Positions 20,417-29,993 of a DNA stretch of 64,000 nt are shown piece after piece; the stretch's first letter is position 1; every line of letters starts with the position of its first letter. The DNA comes from Alphaproteobacteria bacterium. GTDB lineage: Bacteria; Pseudomonadota; Alphaproteobacteria; UBA9219. The translations under genes and the position numbers were made by a program. The stretch is from positions 139,306 through 203,305 of the forward strand of contig JAGWIK010000001.1 of assembly GCA_028866275.1 (NCBI GenBank), in the 5' to 3' direction. The notes below the pieces were generated by a model. That model did no database searches. It worked only from the letters and a program-made list of their open reading frames with translations, and was not told the origin of the DNA.

Positions 20417-21346
20417 ATGTTCGATTCCAGCCTTATCGACAGGTTGCCGGTTAATGATGTGCGCGGCAAATGTGTCGCCAACGCGCCGTTGGCCGACCAG
20501 ACATGGTTCCGCGTCGGCGGGCCGGCAGAAATTTTATACCGTCCGGCGGATGAAGAAGATCTGGCGTTTTTTCTTGCCCATTGTCCCGCCGATATACCCG
20601 TGATGGTTATCGGCGCGGCGTCGAATTTATTGGTGCGCGACGGCGGCGTGCCGGGCGTCGTTATCAAATTGACGCCTGCCTTCGCCACCATTCGTGTCGA
20701 AAACGAGGAATTGCGCGCGGGCGCGGCGTCAATCGACCTGAACGTGGCGCGGGCGGCACAGAATGCGGGCATATCGGGCATGGAATTTTTGTGCGGCATT
20801 CCCGGCACCATCGGCGGGGGCTTGCGTATGAATGCGGGTTCTTATGGCCGCGAATTCAAGGATATTGTCGTGCGCGCCGATGTTGTCGACCGCGACGGCA
20901 CGCGTCGCACATTAACCCCGGCCCAGATCGGGTTTGCCTATCGCCACACCGACGTGCCGGTTGACACGATTTTTACCTCGACCCTGTTGCAAGGCGACGC
21001 GGGCGACCCGCATGCCATTCTGGCGCGGATGAACGATATTCAGAAATCGCGCGCCGATTCACAGCCCATCCGCGAACGCACCGGCGGTTCGACTTTCGCC
21101 AATCCGGACAATGACCCGCAGAACCGTAAATCGTGGCAATTGATCGAAGCCGCGGGTTGCCGCGGTCTTAAAATTGGCCACGCCAAGGTTTCGGAAAAAC
21201 ATTGCAACTTTCTGATCAACACCGGCGGCGCGACGGCGGCGGAGATCGAACATCTGGGCGAAGAAGTCCGGCGGCGCGTGTTCGAAAGCTTCGGCGTCGA
21301 ATTGCGGTGGGAGATCAAGCGAATTGGCATCGCCGCATCCCCCTGA
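20417..21346 (+). CDS. murB: UDP-N-acetylenolpyruvoylglucosamine reductase
   Basis: FAD-binding PCMH domain (WFRVGGPA, MVIGAASNLL). 309 aa. Confidence 0.9.
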   Translation: MFDSSLIDRLPVNDVRGKCVANAPLADQTWFRVGGPAEILYRPADEEDLAFFLAHCPADIPVMVIGAASNLLVRDGGVPGVVIKLTPAFATIRVENEELRAGAASIDLNVARAAQNAGISGMEFLCGIPGTIGGGLRMNAGSYGREFKDIVVRADVVDRDGTRRTLTPAQIGFAYRHTDVPVDTIFTSTLLQGDAGDPHAILARMNDIQKSRADSQPIRERTGGSTFANPDNDPQNRKSWQLIEAAGCRGLKIGHAKVSEKHCNFLINTGGATAAEIEHLGEEVRRRVFESFGVELRWEIKRIGIAASP

Positions 21347-21357
21347 CCACGCAGACC

Positions 21358-22107
21358 CTAGAACGGCATCAGGATATCGAACAATTGCGACCCATAACGC
21401 GGTTGCTGAACGTCGGTGATGGAACCGCGGCCGCCATATTCGATGCGGGCTTCGGCAATCTGGTCGTAGCTGACGGTATTGTCGGCGGAAATATCCTGCG
21501 GACGGATGATGCCGCGGATTTTAAGTTCGCGCACATCGTAATTGACGCTGACCTGCTGGATGCCTTCGACCACCAGATTGCCGTTGGGCAATACCTGTGA
21601 AATTGTCGCGGCGACGCGCAGGTCGATCTGTTCCTGTCGTCCGATCGACCCCTTGCCGTCGTTGCTGGTCGTGCTGCCCATATCGACGAGACTCGCCGGG
21701 CTGACGGCGGCGGGAAGGACGGAACTGAGTTTGCTTTCCAATCCAAGGAAATTGGTCAAATTGGCGGTGTCCGAATTGTTGCGCGACCGTTTGGTTTCGT
21801 TTTGAATCTGCGCCTGATCGTTGATGGTGACGATCACGGTCAGGATGTCGCCGACGCGGCTGGCGCGCTGGTCGCGGAAAAAGGCGCGTCCCCCCGTTTC
21901 CCACAGGGAATTGGGTTGGCGTTCGTTCAATGACGGCGGCGGCATCGGCATGCTGACGGGAACATAGCCAGCCTGTTTGGTCGGGTTTTCGATGGGGGCG
22001 AGTTGCGGCTGGTCGCCGATTTCGGAAATGCGGTCGAAGGCGTTGCATGCCGTCAACGACAAAAAAGTCGCCGCCAGCATGATGTTTTTATAGCGAATAC
22101 GAACCAT
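21358..22107 (-). CDS. flgH: Flagellar L-ring lipoprotein
   Basis: Lipobox LSLTAC followed by conserved FlgH core (ASRVGDILTVIV, PNGNLVVEG). 249 aa. Confidence 0.88.
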   Translation of the reverse strand: MVRIRYKNIMLAATFLSLTACNAFDRISEIGDQPQLAPIENPTKQAGYVPVSMPMPPPSLNERQPNSLWETGGRAFFRDQRASRVGDILTVIVTINDQAQIQNETKRSRNNSDTANLTNFLGLESKLSSVLPAAVSPASLVDMGSTTSNDGKGSIGRQEQIDLRVAATISQVLPNGNLVVEGIQQVSVNYDVRELKIRGIIRPQDISADNTVSYDQIAEARIEYGGRGSITDVQQPRYGSQLFDILMPF

Positions 22108-22115
22108 AAAACCTC

Positions 22116-23159
22116 CTATTGCGCCGACGCCAATTGCTGCGCGGTGCGTATGTCGACCGTATCGGGCCCGGTGACCGTGCCTTCGATGACGCGGTTGCTG
22201 CGCGTGTTGAGCAGGCGGATCACATCGCCTTGCGCGCCGTCCTGTTCGGCCTTGCCCTGCGCCGTGACGGTCATATAAGGCGTGGCGATGCGCATGGTGA
22301 CCAGCGCGCCGCGCTTGACCAGCTGCTGCGGCATGACGTCGCGGGCGTGGAACAGTTCGTCTTCGGCCTTGTCGCGCCGCAATTCGCGGCCGACAAGCTG
22401 CGATTCCTCGGTGACGACGTCGGCGGTGATGCGGTCTTCGGGCACTTTTGTCCAGTCGATGTCGTCGGCGCCGATGGTGTCGCCCGCTTCCAGCCGGTGG
22501 GCGAGGATGGGAACGGGCCGTTCGACGACGACGCGTCCCGTCACCGCGACGACATAGGGGCCGCGGGTTGTTTGCGCCGTCAAATCGGCGCGGAAGTATT
22601 TGTTGAGCGGATCATAGACAAAATTGGCCAGCGTAAAGTCGGGATCCGTGTTTTTCTTGCCATTAACCGGCAGGTCGATTTCCTGCGCCGGATTGTCGAG
22701 CGTGACCTGAAAGCTGCGCCCGTCATCGCCTGCGTTTGCCGCGCTGTTAATGACTGTGTTGCCTTTGATGGCCGAGGTGGCGGCGCTGTTTTCTTTGATC
22801 GCGGATATAACGCGGGCACGGATCATGTCGGCGGTGACGCGGGCGCAGGCCGATGTGACGGTGACATGGTCTGACGACGCGTTTTGCGACTGCCAGTCGA
22901 GGCGATAGGTGTCGGCCAGTTTGTCGAGAACGGTTTCGTCATAGACGGCGGATTTGCACGGCGCGGGGGCCTGGGCGATGTCGCGGTCGATGTCGGCGGG
23001 CACGCCGTTGAATAAATCGCTAAGCCGCACGGCAAAACGCGATACCTGCACATCGGGGTTGATGGTGACGGACGCGTCGGCGCGGCACGGCGTCGACGAC
23101 GCGATGCTGCCCGCGGTGACAAGCCATAATGCCGATAAAATGCGCAAGGTTCTGGACAT
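22116..23159 (-). CDS. flgA: Flagellar basal-body P-ring formation chaperone (SAF/CpaB-type C-terminal domain)
   Basis: Signal peptide. C-terminal QQLVKRGALVTM...QGDVIRLLNTRSNRVIEGTVTGPDTVDI is typical of FlgA. Located between flgG and flgH. Confidence 0.7.
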   Translation of the reverse strand: MSRTLRILSALWLVTAGSIASSTPCRADASVTINPDVQVSRFAVRLSDLFNGVPADIDRDIAQAPAPCKSAVYDETVLDKLADTYRLDWQSQNASSDHVTVTSACARVTADMIRARVISAIKENSAATSAIKGNTVINSAANAGDDGRSFQVTLDNPAQEIDLPVNGKKNTDPDFTLANFVYDPLNKYFRADLTAQTTRGPYVVAVTGRVVVERPVPILAHRLEAGDTIGADDIDWTKVPEDRITADVVTEESQLVGRELRRDKAEDELFHARDVMPQQLVKRGALVTMRIATPYMTVTAQGKAEQDGAQGDVIRLLNTRSNRVIEGTVTGPDTVDIRTAQQLASAQ

Positions 23160-23171
23160 GATGTTACCCGG

Positions 23172-23960
23172 TTACGTCTTCATCTGGTTGGCCGCGCTGA
23201 GCATCTGGTCGGCCGTGGTAATGACTTTGGAATTCAGTTCATAGGTGCGTTGCGCCGAAATCAGGTTGGTGATTTCTGTCACCGTATCGACGTTCGATGT
23301 TTCCAGCGATCCCTGGATGATGGTGCCGGTGCCGCTGACGCCGGGGTTCTGGGTCGTCGGCGCGCCCGACGAGTCTGTCTGTTTCAGCAAATTATTACCG
23401 ATGGCTTCCAACCCGACGGGGTTGATAAAGGTCGCCAGCTGCAACTGGCCCAATGTCTGCTGGGCGGTCTGTCCTGCAATGGTGGCCACGACCTGACCGC
23501 TGGAGTTAATAGTGATGGATGTCGCCGTCGACGGCACCGTGATGCTGGGCGTGATCTGGTACCCGTCGGCCGTGACGATCTGGCCGTTGGCGTTGAGTTG
23601 CAGCGACCCGTCGCGGGTATAGGATGTCGTGCCGTCGGGCATTTGCACCTGCAGATATCCCGCGCCATTGATGGCAAGGTCGAGGGAATTGTTCGTAACC
23701 GAAATATTGCCCTGCGTGTTGATGCGATAGGTCGCGGCGGGCATGACGCCGAGGCCGACCTGCAAACCCGATGGCAGGTAGGTGCCGCTGTCCGACGATT
23801 CGGAACCGACGGTGCGCATATTCTGGTACAAAAGATCCTGAAACTCGGCGCGCGACGCCTTGAACCCGTTGGTGGACGAGTTGGCGATGTTGTTCGAAAT
23901 CACTTCGATGTTCAACTGCTGGGCTTCCATGCCCGTGGCGCCGATGCTTAATGCTCTCAT
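23172..23960 (-). CDS. flgG: Flagellar basal-body rod protein
   Basis: MRALSIGATGMEAQQLNIEVISNNIANSSTNGFK N-terminus and conserved C-terminal rod domain. 262 aa. Confidence 0.9.
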   Translation of the reverse strand: MRALSIGATGMEAQQLNIEVISNNIANSSTNGFKASRAEFQDLLYQNMRTVGSESSDSGTYLPSGLQVGLGVMPAATYRINTQGNISVTNNSLDLAINGAGYLQVQMPDGTTSYTRDGSLQLNANGQIVTADGYQITPSITVPSTATSITINSSGQVVATIAGQTAQQTLGQLQLATFINPVGLEAIGNNLLKQTDSSGAPTTQNPGVSGTGTIIQGSLETSNVDTVTEITNLISAQRTYELNSKVITTADQMLSAANQMKT

Positions 23961-23975
23961 GATGAACCTCGTCCT

Positions 23976-24728
23976 TTAGGATGTTTGCGACAATTTATCG
24001 ATGGCGTTGTCCAGACGCGTATTTTCATTGCTGATCATGTTGGTGGCCTGTTCATAGGCGCGCTGGATCTTGATCAGATCGGTGATTTCGACGACGGGCT
24101 GGACGTTCGACTGTTCCAGCGCGCCTTCGACGATGACGTTATTGGCGGCGGCGGGCGTCGGTGCCTGCGTTGTGGTGTACAGCCCTGCGCCCGTCGGGCT
24201 TAACGCCTGATTGTTGGCGAATTCGACGACCCCGACTTTGCCCAGAATGGTGCGCGAGGTCACGGTGCCGTTTTGTACCGACACCGTGCCGTCGCCGGAT
24301 ATGGTCAGATCGGTCGATTGGTCGGGAATGATGATGGGCTGGCCGCTGTCGCTGAGGATCGGCAGGCCCGATGCCGTGACGATTTGCCCCTGGTTGTCGA
24401 TTTGAAACGCGCCGTCGCGTGTGTACTGCTTGCCTTGCGGTGTCTGTACCTGAAAATAACCATCACCCTGAATGGCCAGATCAAGCGGGTTGCCGGTATT
24501 CGAAATGGCGCCCGGCTTCATGTCGCGATAGGTGGCGCGGTCATAGACGAAGCTGATCGGCGCGGTCGATGACGCGCCGCCGCCAAGATTGCTGAGCACC
24601 GTGTCGAACTGCATGGCTTCGCGCTTGAAGCCGGTGGTGTTGCTGTTCGCGATATTGTTGGCGACGACGTCCAGAGAACGTTCCAGCGCCATCTGATCGG
24701 AAAGCAGGACAAGGCCGGGTGACATCAT
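23976..24728 (-). CDS. flgF: Flagellar basal-body rod protein
   Basis: SLDVVANNIANSNTTGFKRE rod-protein N-terminal motif. 250 aa. Immediately upstream of flgG. Confidence 0.88.
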   Translation of the reverse strand: MMSPGLVLLSDQMALERSLDVVANNIANSNTTGFKREAMQFDTVLSNLGGGASSTAPISFVYDRATYRDMKPGAISNTGNPLDLAIQGDGYFQVQTPQGKQYTRDGAFQIDNQGQIVTASGLPILSDSGQPIIIPDQSTDLTISGDGTVSVQNGTVTSRTILGKVGVVEFANNQALSPTGAGLYTTTQAPTPAAANNVIVEGALEQSNVQPVVEITDLIKIQRAYEQATNMISNENTRLDNAIDKLSQTS

Positions 24729-24781
24729 GACGGTTCTAAGCCTCCTTCAGGGACACGACCACCGTGTCCTCGCCCTCACCA

Positions 24782-24797
24782 GTGCATATGCCGTGCC
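24782..24797 (-). promoter_or_regulatory. Candidate sigma54 (-24/-12) promoter for flgFGAH
   Basis: The minus strand reads TGGCACggcatATGCA, about 55 nt upstream of the flgF ATG. GG and GC are spaced as in the TGGCAC-N5-TTGC consensus, with one mismatch in the -12 box. Confidence 0.4.
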
Positions 24798-24954
24798 AAA
24801 ATTATATGCAGGAGAATCAACGTATTGCTGGTGATTCAGGCGGGCAGTTTTGGCCGCGCGGCGGGCAGATTGTTCCACCTGTTTTGCCGGAAATTATTTT
24901 CGGAAACTATTTTCAAAGGTGGAAAAGACGGCGCGAAAGGCATAAACAACCTTC

Positions 24955-25470
24955 ATGCATACGAAAGAAAATAAAATGCCAATTTTTGCCGCGCCGCAAC
25001 GGCGGCCGGTCTGGCGGTGGCGCGCGGCTGCCCTTTTGGTCGTTGGGTCTGTCGCCGTGGTCAGGGATGCGCAAATCGGCTGGCAATCATACAGGGCTGC
25101 CGTTACGGCGGGGGCGGAGAATGCCCTTGGCGTCACGCGGCTGGATGTGCAGACAAGGCTCGATACGCGCAACCCGCCTTTATCTTCGTCGCCTGTTTGG
25201 TTGGGAGGCTGGGCCGCGCCCGGCGGTTACAGCGGCGGCATTTATGCCCAAAAAATGCCTGCCGCACGACAGGCCGGGTTTTTGGAGGCCGGGGTTTTGG
25301 CCGGCGATGAATGCGTGAAGACAACCATAACCGTTCGCGCGCCGGCGATGCTGGGCGTCCTGCGCGCAATAGGCGAACGCGCGGAAATCGATATTTGGTG
25401 TCACCGTTCCGGCGAGAATTATAACTTAAGGCGCACGAACATCATGCCGGACGTCGGATTCGCGCCATAG
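24955..25470 (+). CDS. Hypothetical protein divergent from flgF
   Basis: 171-aa ORF (alternative start MPIFAAP at 24976) with N-terminal hydrophobic segment AAALLVVGSVAVV. Its 3' end overlaps the convergent lipoprotein gene by about 50 nt. No family recognised. Confidence 0.35.
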   Translation: MHTKENKMPIFAAPQRRPVWRWRAAALLVVGSVAVVRDAQIGWQSYRAAVTAGAENALGVTRLDVQTRLDTRNPPLSSSPVWLGGWAAPGGYSGGIYAQKMPAARQAGFLEAGVLAGDECVKTTITVRAPAMLGVLRAIGERAEIDIWCHRSGENYNLRRTNIMPDVGFAP

Positions 25471-26750
25471 GCGCCGTCCATGCTGGCGGGGTAGGCGTAA
25501 CGGTCGACGACGCCGCCGACCCCAAATTTCAGATGCCCGGTGACATGGAAATCGCGGATATAGCCGACGCTGATTTTGCTGACAGTCAGGACTTGCCCGC
25601 CAAGCGTGGGGCTGCCGTCGAATAATTCGTCTTCGCCGGCGCGTTCGGCGCGCGCGAAAAAAGTATGCTTGTCGTGCAGGACGACTTCGCTTTCCAGCAA
25701 AAAGCCGTCGAGGGTATGGCCGGGGTCGTTCATTTTCCGGCCCCACGCGAAAGTCGTGGCCCAGTTGTTATCGTCGAAGGGCAGGTTGTACGTGCCGGAC
25801 GCCGTGACGCGATGTTCGTTGACGCCGGGCGTCAGCTGTTCCGGGCTGTGCAGGGAACCCCAGCTGGTTTGCAGCGACCAGTCGGCGGTGGGGTTATAGG
25901 TCAGGCGGGCCGAATAACTGTCGAGCTTTGGCGATTCAATGTCCGAACGATATTGGTCGGGTTCGCGGCCGTTGAAGGCCGATGCTTCAATTTTCCACTG
26001 CCCATGCACATAACCGCCGGTCAGCACGCCATAGGTAATATGCGTGCTGTCGAGCCAGTGATGGGTAATGGGCGCCTCGGGGTTGTCCATGCCCGACAGG
26101 CGATGCATGAAGGTTGTCGGCCCCAGCGCCGGTTCGCCCGGCAGGCCGCCATAGACAAAGACCGAAGATTTATCCGTCAGGCGATAGCTGTAAGTCGTGG
26201 CCAGTTCCATGAACAAATCATGCGGGTGCTGGCGGTCGACAAGGGGGGTGCTGCCGTTGGCGGTTTCGCCTGTCGCGAACAGCAAGGGATAGCCGTTGGC
26301 GCCCATCAGCGGATCCAGCGACATCATGGCGCGTAACCCCCATGTGCCGCGCTCGCCGACGGGCCTTTGCCCCATCAGCATGCCCATGCTTTGACTGAAC
26401 GTCTTGTTCGCGCCGCGCGGGCCGCCCTGAACATCGTAAATGCCGTTGATATAGCCTTCGGCCATCAAATCCCAGTCGCCCGCCGCAAAAGACACGCCCT
26501 GGGCCGGGGATGAATCGGGTTGCCAGCTGGTGCCCGATGCGTCGCGCGTCATGGCATAGGGGCCCAGCGCGCCCTGCATCGCCGCACCGCCGGCGCCGTT
26601 CATATGTGCCATATTCATGGCGTCCGCGTCAGGCGCGGAGGTTGCCTGCGCCACGGCGGGTTTAGGGCAGGCGGCCAGCAAAAGAAACAATGCGGCGCAG
26701 GATACGGTTTTTCCAACGTGAAAGAATCCGGCTTCGGCGGCGGGCATCAT
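25419..26750 (-). CDS. Putative outer-membrane lipoprotein of unknown function (Gly/aromatic-rich, 443 aa)
   Basis: Signal peptide with lipobox LLLAAC. Long Gly/Tyr/Trp-rich body. ATGA start overlap with the upstream chemoreceptor stop. Confidence 0.6.
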   Translation of the reverse strand: MMPAAEAGFFHVGKTVSCAALFLLLAACPKPAVAQATSAPDADAMNMAHMNGAGGAAMQGALGPYAMTRDASGTSWQPDSSPAQGVSFAAGDWDLMAEGYINGIYDVQGGPRGANKTFSQSMGMLMGQRPVGERGTWGLRAMMSLDPLMGANGYPLLFATGETANGSTPLVDRQHPHDLFMELATTYSYRLTDKSSVFVYGGLPGEPALGPTTFMHRLSGMDNPEAPITHHWLDSTHITYGVLTGGYVHGQWKIEASAFNGREPDQYRSDIESPKLDSYSARLTYNPTADWSLQTSWGSLHSPEQLTPGVNEHRVTASGTYNLPFDDNNWATTFAWGRKMNDPGHTLDGFLLESEVVLHDKHTFFARAERAGEDELFDGSPTLGGQVLTVSKISVGYIRDFHVTGHLKFGVGGVVDRYAYPASMDGAYGANPTSGMMFVRLKL

Positions 26751-28018
26751 GATTGCCCCGCGTTGGCGGTAAAGGCCGCGACCTCATTTTGCATCTTGCC
26801 GCATTCGGCGCGGCAGGTTTGCGTTGCGGCCTGAACGTCGCGCGCAGTGGCGGTGACCTGACGCACGGCGTCGCCCAGCGTCATCATGTTGTCGCTGACC
26901 TTGGCCATGTTTTCGGTTGTGGTGCGGACATTGTCGGCGATGCGTCCTGTGGCGGCGGCTTGCTGGTCGACGGCGGCGGCGATTGACTGGCTGATCGCCA
27001 GCGAATGGTCGATCGTGCCGACAATGGCGGAAACGTCGTCGACGACAAGGCCGATCGCGCTTTGGATGGACTCGATGTGCCCCGTGATTTCCTGCGTCGC
27101 CGCCGATGTCTGATTGGCCAGAGCCTTGACTTCGCCCGCGACCACGGCAAAGCCCTTGCCCGCTTCGCCGACGCGCGCGGCTTCAATGGTGGCGTTCAAC
27201 GCCAGCAAATTGGTTTGCGCCGCGATTTTGCCGATCAGGGCCACGACATCGCCGATTTTCCGCGCCGCTTCTTTCAGCGTTTCGGCCTGTTCGCTGGTTT
27301 TCCTGACGTCTGCCACGGCTTTTTCGGCGACGTTGCGCGATTCCCCGGCCTGTTGCCCGATATGGGCGCTGCTGGATTCCAGTTCGGCCGTCGCGGTGGC
27401 GATCATCGATATGTTTTCATAGGTTTCCTGCGCTGCCGTCGACACGGTTTCGACGGCATGCGACGCCGTGGCGACGGCATCGTGCAAATGGCCGACGCCG
27501 GATTCCTGTTGCTGGATGGCTTGCAGCAATCCTGTGACGATTTTGGCGAACGCCTTGTTGAACGCATCGGCCATGTCGCGTCCGGCGCGGCGGCGGTCGT
27601 CGTCGGCGCGTTGCTGCAAGGTTTGCTGTTCCGCCTGCAACCGTTCCTTGGCCAGAGCCGTCTGGCGGAAACTTTCCAGCGCGCCCGCCAATTGCCCGAT
27701 TTCGTCACGGCGTCCGCGATAGGGGATGTCGACGCCGTTATCGCCGTTCTGCAATCGTCCGGTGATGTCGATGATGCGGCGCAGCGGCGGCACGATGTTG
27801 AAAATCATCGCGACGACGATGATGCTGCCTGCGCCGATGCCGCCAAGGCCGAAGGTCAGCGCCGTCCAGAAAGCCGCGGGGTTGTTGTGCGACACGCCGT
27901 TCAGATAAAGGGCGAAGAATACCCAGGCGACGGCAACCGGCGGTACGAAAGACAGGGCGACGCGCAGACCGATTCCGCTGCTGAAGACGCGTATGAAGTT
28001 GAAAAATTTGGCGAGCAA
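26747..28018 (-). CDS. Methyl-accepting chemotaxis protein with a minimal periplasmic loop
   Basis: Two N-terminal TM helices separated by about 9 residues, then HAMP, then a conserved signalling domain ([37 protein letters not shown]). Confidence 0.88.
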   Translation of the reverse strand: MLAKFFNFIRVFSSGIGLRVALSFVPPVAVAWVFFALYLNGVSHNNPAAFWTALTFGLGGIGAGSIIVVAMIFNIVPPLRRIIDITGRLQNGDNGVDIPYRGRRDEIGQLAGALESFRQTALAKERLQAEQQTLQQRADDDRRRAGRDMADAFNKAFAKIVTGLLQAIQQQESGVGHLHDAVATASHAVETVSTAAQETYENISMIATATAELESSSAHIGQQAGESRNVAEKAVADVRKTSEQAETLKEAARKIGDVVALIGKIAAQTNLLALNATIEAARVGEAGKGFAVVAGEVKALANQTSAATQEITGHIESIQSAIGLVVDDVSAIVGTIDHSLAISQSIAAAVDQQAAATGRIADNVRTTTENMAKVSDNMMTLGDAVRQVTATARDVQAATQTCRAECGKMQNEVAAFTANAGQS

Positions 28019-28126
28019 GATTTTCTCCCCGGCAGGAAGGACGCCGCGATTATTTCAGCCCCGCGACGGAATTGCAATTGGCGCATATGGGGTATGTCTT
28101 TTTTGACGCCAGTGTGCTTTTTGGAA

Positions 28127-28840
28127 TTATAATAAATCGGCGCGGCCGTAAATGGCGGTGCCTTCGACGCGCTGTCCGTGCGCGATCCATGTCGCCAATT
28201 GATCGCCGCGCGAAAAATGCCACCATTCCGTGGGGTTGCGCGTAAAGCCCTGCGCCGCCATCACGGTGTTCAGCAGCACGCGATTGGCGTGGGCCTGTTG
28301 TCCGGTGCCGTCAGCGGCGGCGAAATAATCGGGGTTGGAACGGTCGGAATTTTCGTCGATGGGCGACCCCATGTCGATTTCATGGCCCCGTTCGTCGGCC
28401 AGCGTGCAATCGACCACGGCGCCGGTGCTGTGCGGCGGCGGGGTCGCGGGGTCGGCGCTGGGCATGCCCCAGATGCGCAGGACTTTGGGCATCAGATTTT
28501 CACGCTCGGCATCGGTTAATCGCGCCGGATCCAACCCCTGCGCGCGGGCCAGCGCGGCCAGTTCGCGTTCGACCATAAAGGCCTGTACCGCGTTGGGGCG
28601 ATAGGCGTCGAACAGCATGATCTTCCAGCCGGGGTTTGATGCTTGCAGTTGCGCCTGTGCCTTAATCAGGGCGTCCAGTACCGATGCGCGCAGCATCCAC
28701 GGGCTGGCGTCGCCGTAAGGCGCGCCCAAAGCGGCATAGGGATGCGGGTCGAAGAATGCGAATATGTCGCGCGGAATTTCAACCAGAGGTTCGCCGCAGT
28801 CGCGGATGGGGATGGTGCGGTAGGGTTTGATCAATGCCAT
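28127..28840 (-). CDS. ddpX: D-alanyl-D-alanine dipeptidase (M15D, VanX/DdpX family)
   Basis: SxHxxGxAxD-type motif (HSTGAVVD), EWWHF, and RPNAVQ. 237 aa. Confidence 0.85.
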   Translation of the reverse strand: MALIKPYRTIPIRDCGEPLVEIPRDIFAFFDPHPYAALGAPYGDASPWMLRASVLDALIKAQAQLQASNPGWKIMLFDAYRPNAVQAFMVERELAALARAQGLDPARLTDAERENLMPKVLRIWGMPSADPATPPPHSTGAVVDCTLADERGHEIDMGSPIDENSDRSNPDYFAAADGTGQQAHANRVLLNTVMAAQGFTRNPTEWWHFSRGDQLATWIAHGQRVEGTAIYGRADLL

Positions 28841-28920
28841 AGGATGGGTATATGTTTGACAACCGGAAGAACGATAACGAATAATAGCCCCTTATTATCT
28901 TAAAAATATATAATCAGAGC

Positions 28921-29943
28921 GTGCCAATGAAATCCGTTAAAAAGGGAACTGTTTCCGACATCGGTGTAGGGTTCGAGGGCGCGCGCGCCCACTTTTTGCC
29001 GTCGCATGACGCAAATGTCCAACATTACGTTATCCCTGACGACACCTTCCCCTATCTTGCCAGACTATACAGCTTTACCTCGGAATTCGATGGAAACCCG
29101 GACGAAAGAACTGTTGCGTCGCGCCAGAGGGATTGCCGGACGTTTCTGCTCGACTTCGCCGAGCATTTATTTGCTGACGGCAATCCGATGCTGTGGCCGT
29201 ACAGCGCGGTAATGGCCGCTGTTGTCGCCGCGCAGGACGCCAAAACGCATTATGATGAAATCAAAACCGTTTTCGACAGGCTCGATCGCGAATTCGAGGA
29301 TATCGCCCGCTACGGATTGGGCGAGAAAACCGATAAACTGATGGCGTTCGTGGCTTATTTTTGCGCGGCGCGGCTGCTGCCGTTTGAAACCGCTTTCGGT
29401 CAGCGGTTGCATGGCCGGGTGGACGCCATTCTCAATGCCGCGCTGGAACGGAGCGAAACCGATTATACCGACATGCTTGTCATTGGCATGAAGGGGCAGT
29501 CGACTCCCGGCTATGCGCCGCTGTTTCCCGCCGGCGAATCCTTGCTGCTTACACATTTCCAAAGCACGGTGCAGGGAGTTAGTGATTACAGCAAATCGCC
29601 GGAAGCAACGCCGTCGACGATCGCAGAAAATCTGGTTTTTCTGGCAGAGCTGGCGGGCGGCCTGTCCATACAGTTATGCGACGAAACGCTGATGGGAATG
29701 ACCGCGACCCATGTTTTTGCGGAATCCATGCACGACTTGATGGTTGCGGACGAAATGGCGGCGCAGGAACTGGTGCGTGCCGGGCAAAATCTCTATGCCT
29801 GGCAAGAAGACCCCAATCCTTCTTTCATCGAAGTGGTGGAGAAGGCGCGCCTGTCTCTGGAAAGCCGCAAAAGGCCTATGCATCAAGGCTCGGTTTCGGC
29901 GGCCGCGCGCGCGGCCGCCCGCCCCCTTGCGCAACCGCGCTAA
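28921..29943 (+). CDS. Hypothetical protein (340 aa)
   Basis: Long ORF with an AT-rich promoter-like region upstream (28841-28920). No recognisable family or TM segments. Confidence 0.5.
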   Translation: MPMKSVKKGTVSDIGVGFEGARAHFLPSHDANVQHYVIPDDTFPYLARLYSFTSEFDGNPDERTVASRQRDCRTFLLDFAEHLFADGNPMLWPYSAVMAAVVAAQDAKTHYDEIKTVFDRLDREFEDIARYGLGEKTDKLMAFVAYFCAARLLPFETAFGQRLHGRVDAILNAALERSETDYTDMLVIGMKGQSTPGYAPLFPAGESLLLTHFQSTVQGVSDYSKSPEATPSTIAENLVFLAELAGGLSIQLCDETLMGMTATHVFAESMHDLMVADEMAAQELVRAGQNLYAWQEDPNPSFIEVVEKARLSLESRKRPMHQGSVSAAARAAARPLAQPR

Positions 29944-29993
29944 GTCGGGCATTTTGCGGCCTGTCCGTCCGTTTTCCGCGAAAGGTTGTTTCC

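Noticed and set aside
24764-25318. 184-aa plus-strand ORF upstream of flgF
   Set aside because: It overlaps the candidate flgF promoter region and the 24955 ORF in another frame. It is Arg/Gly-rich low complexity with no family.
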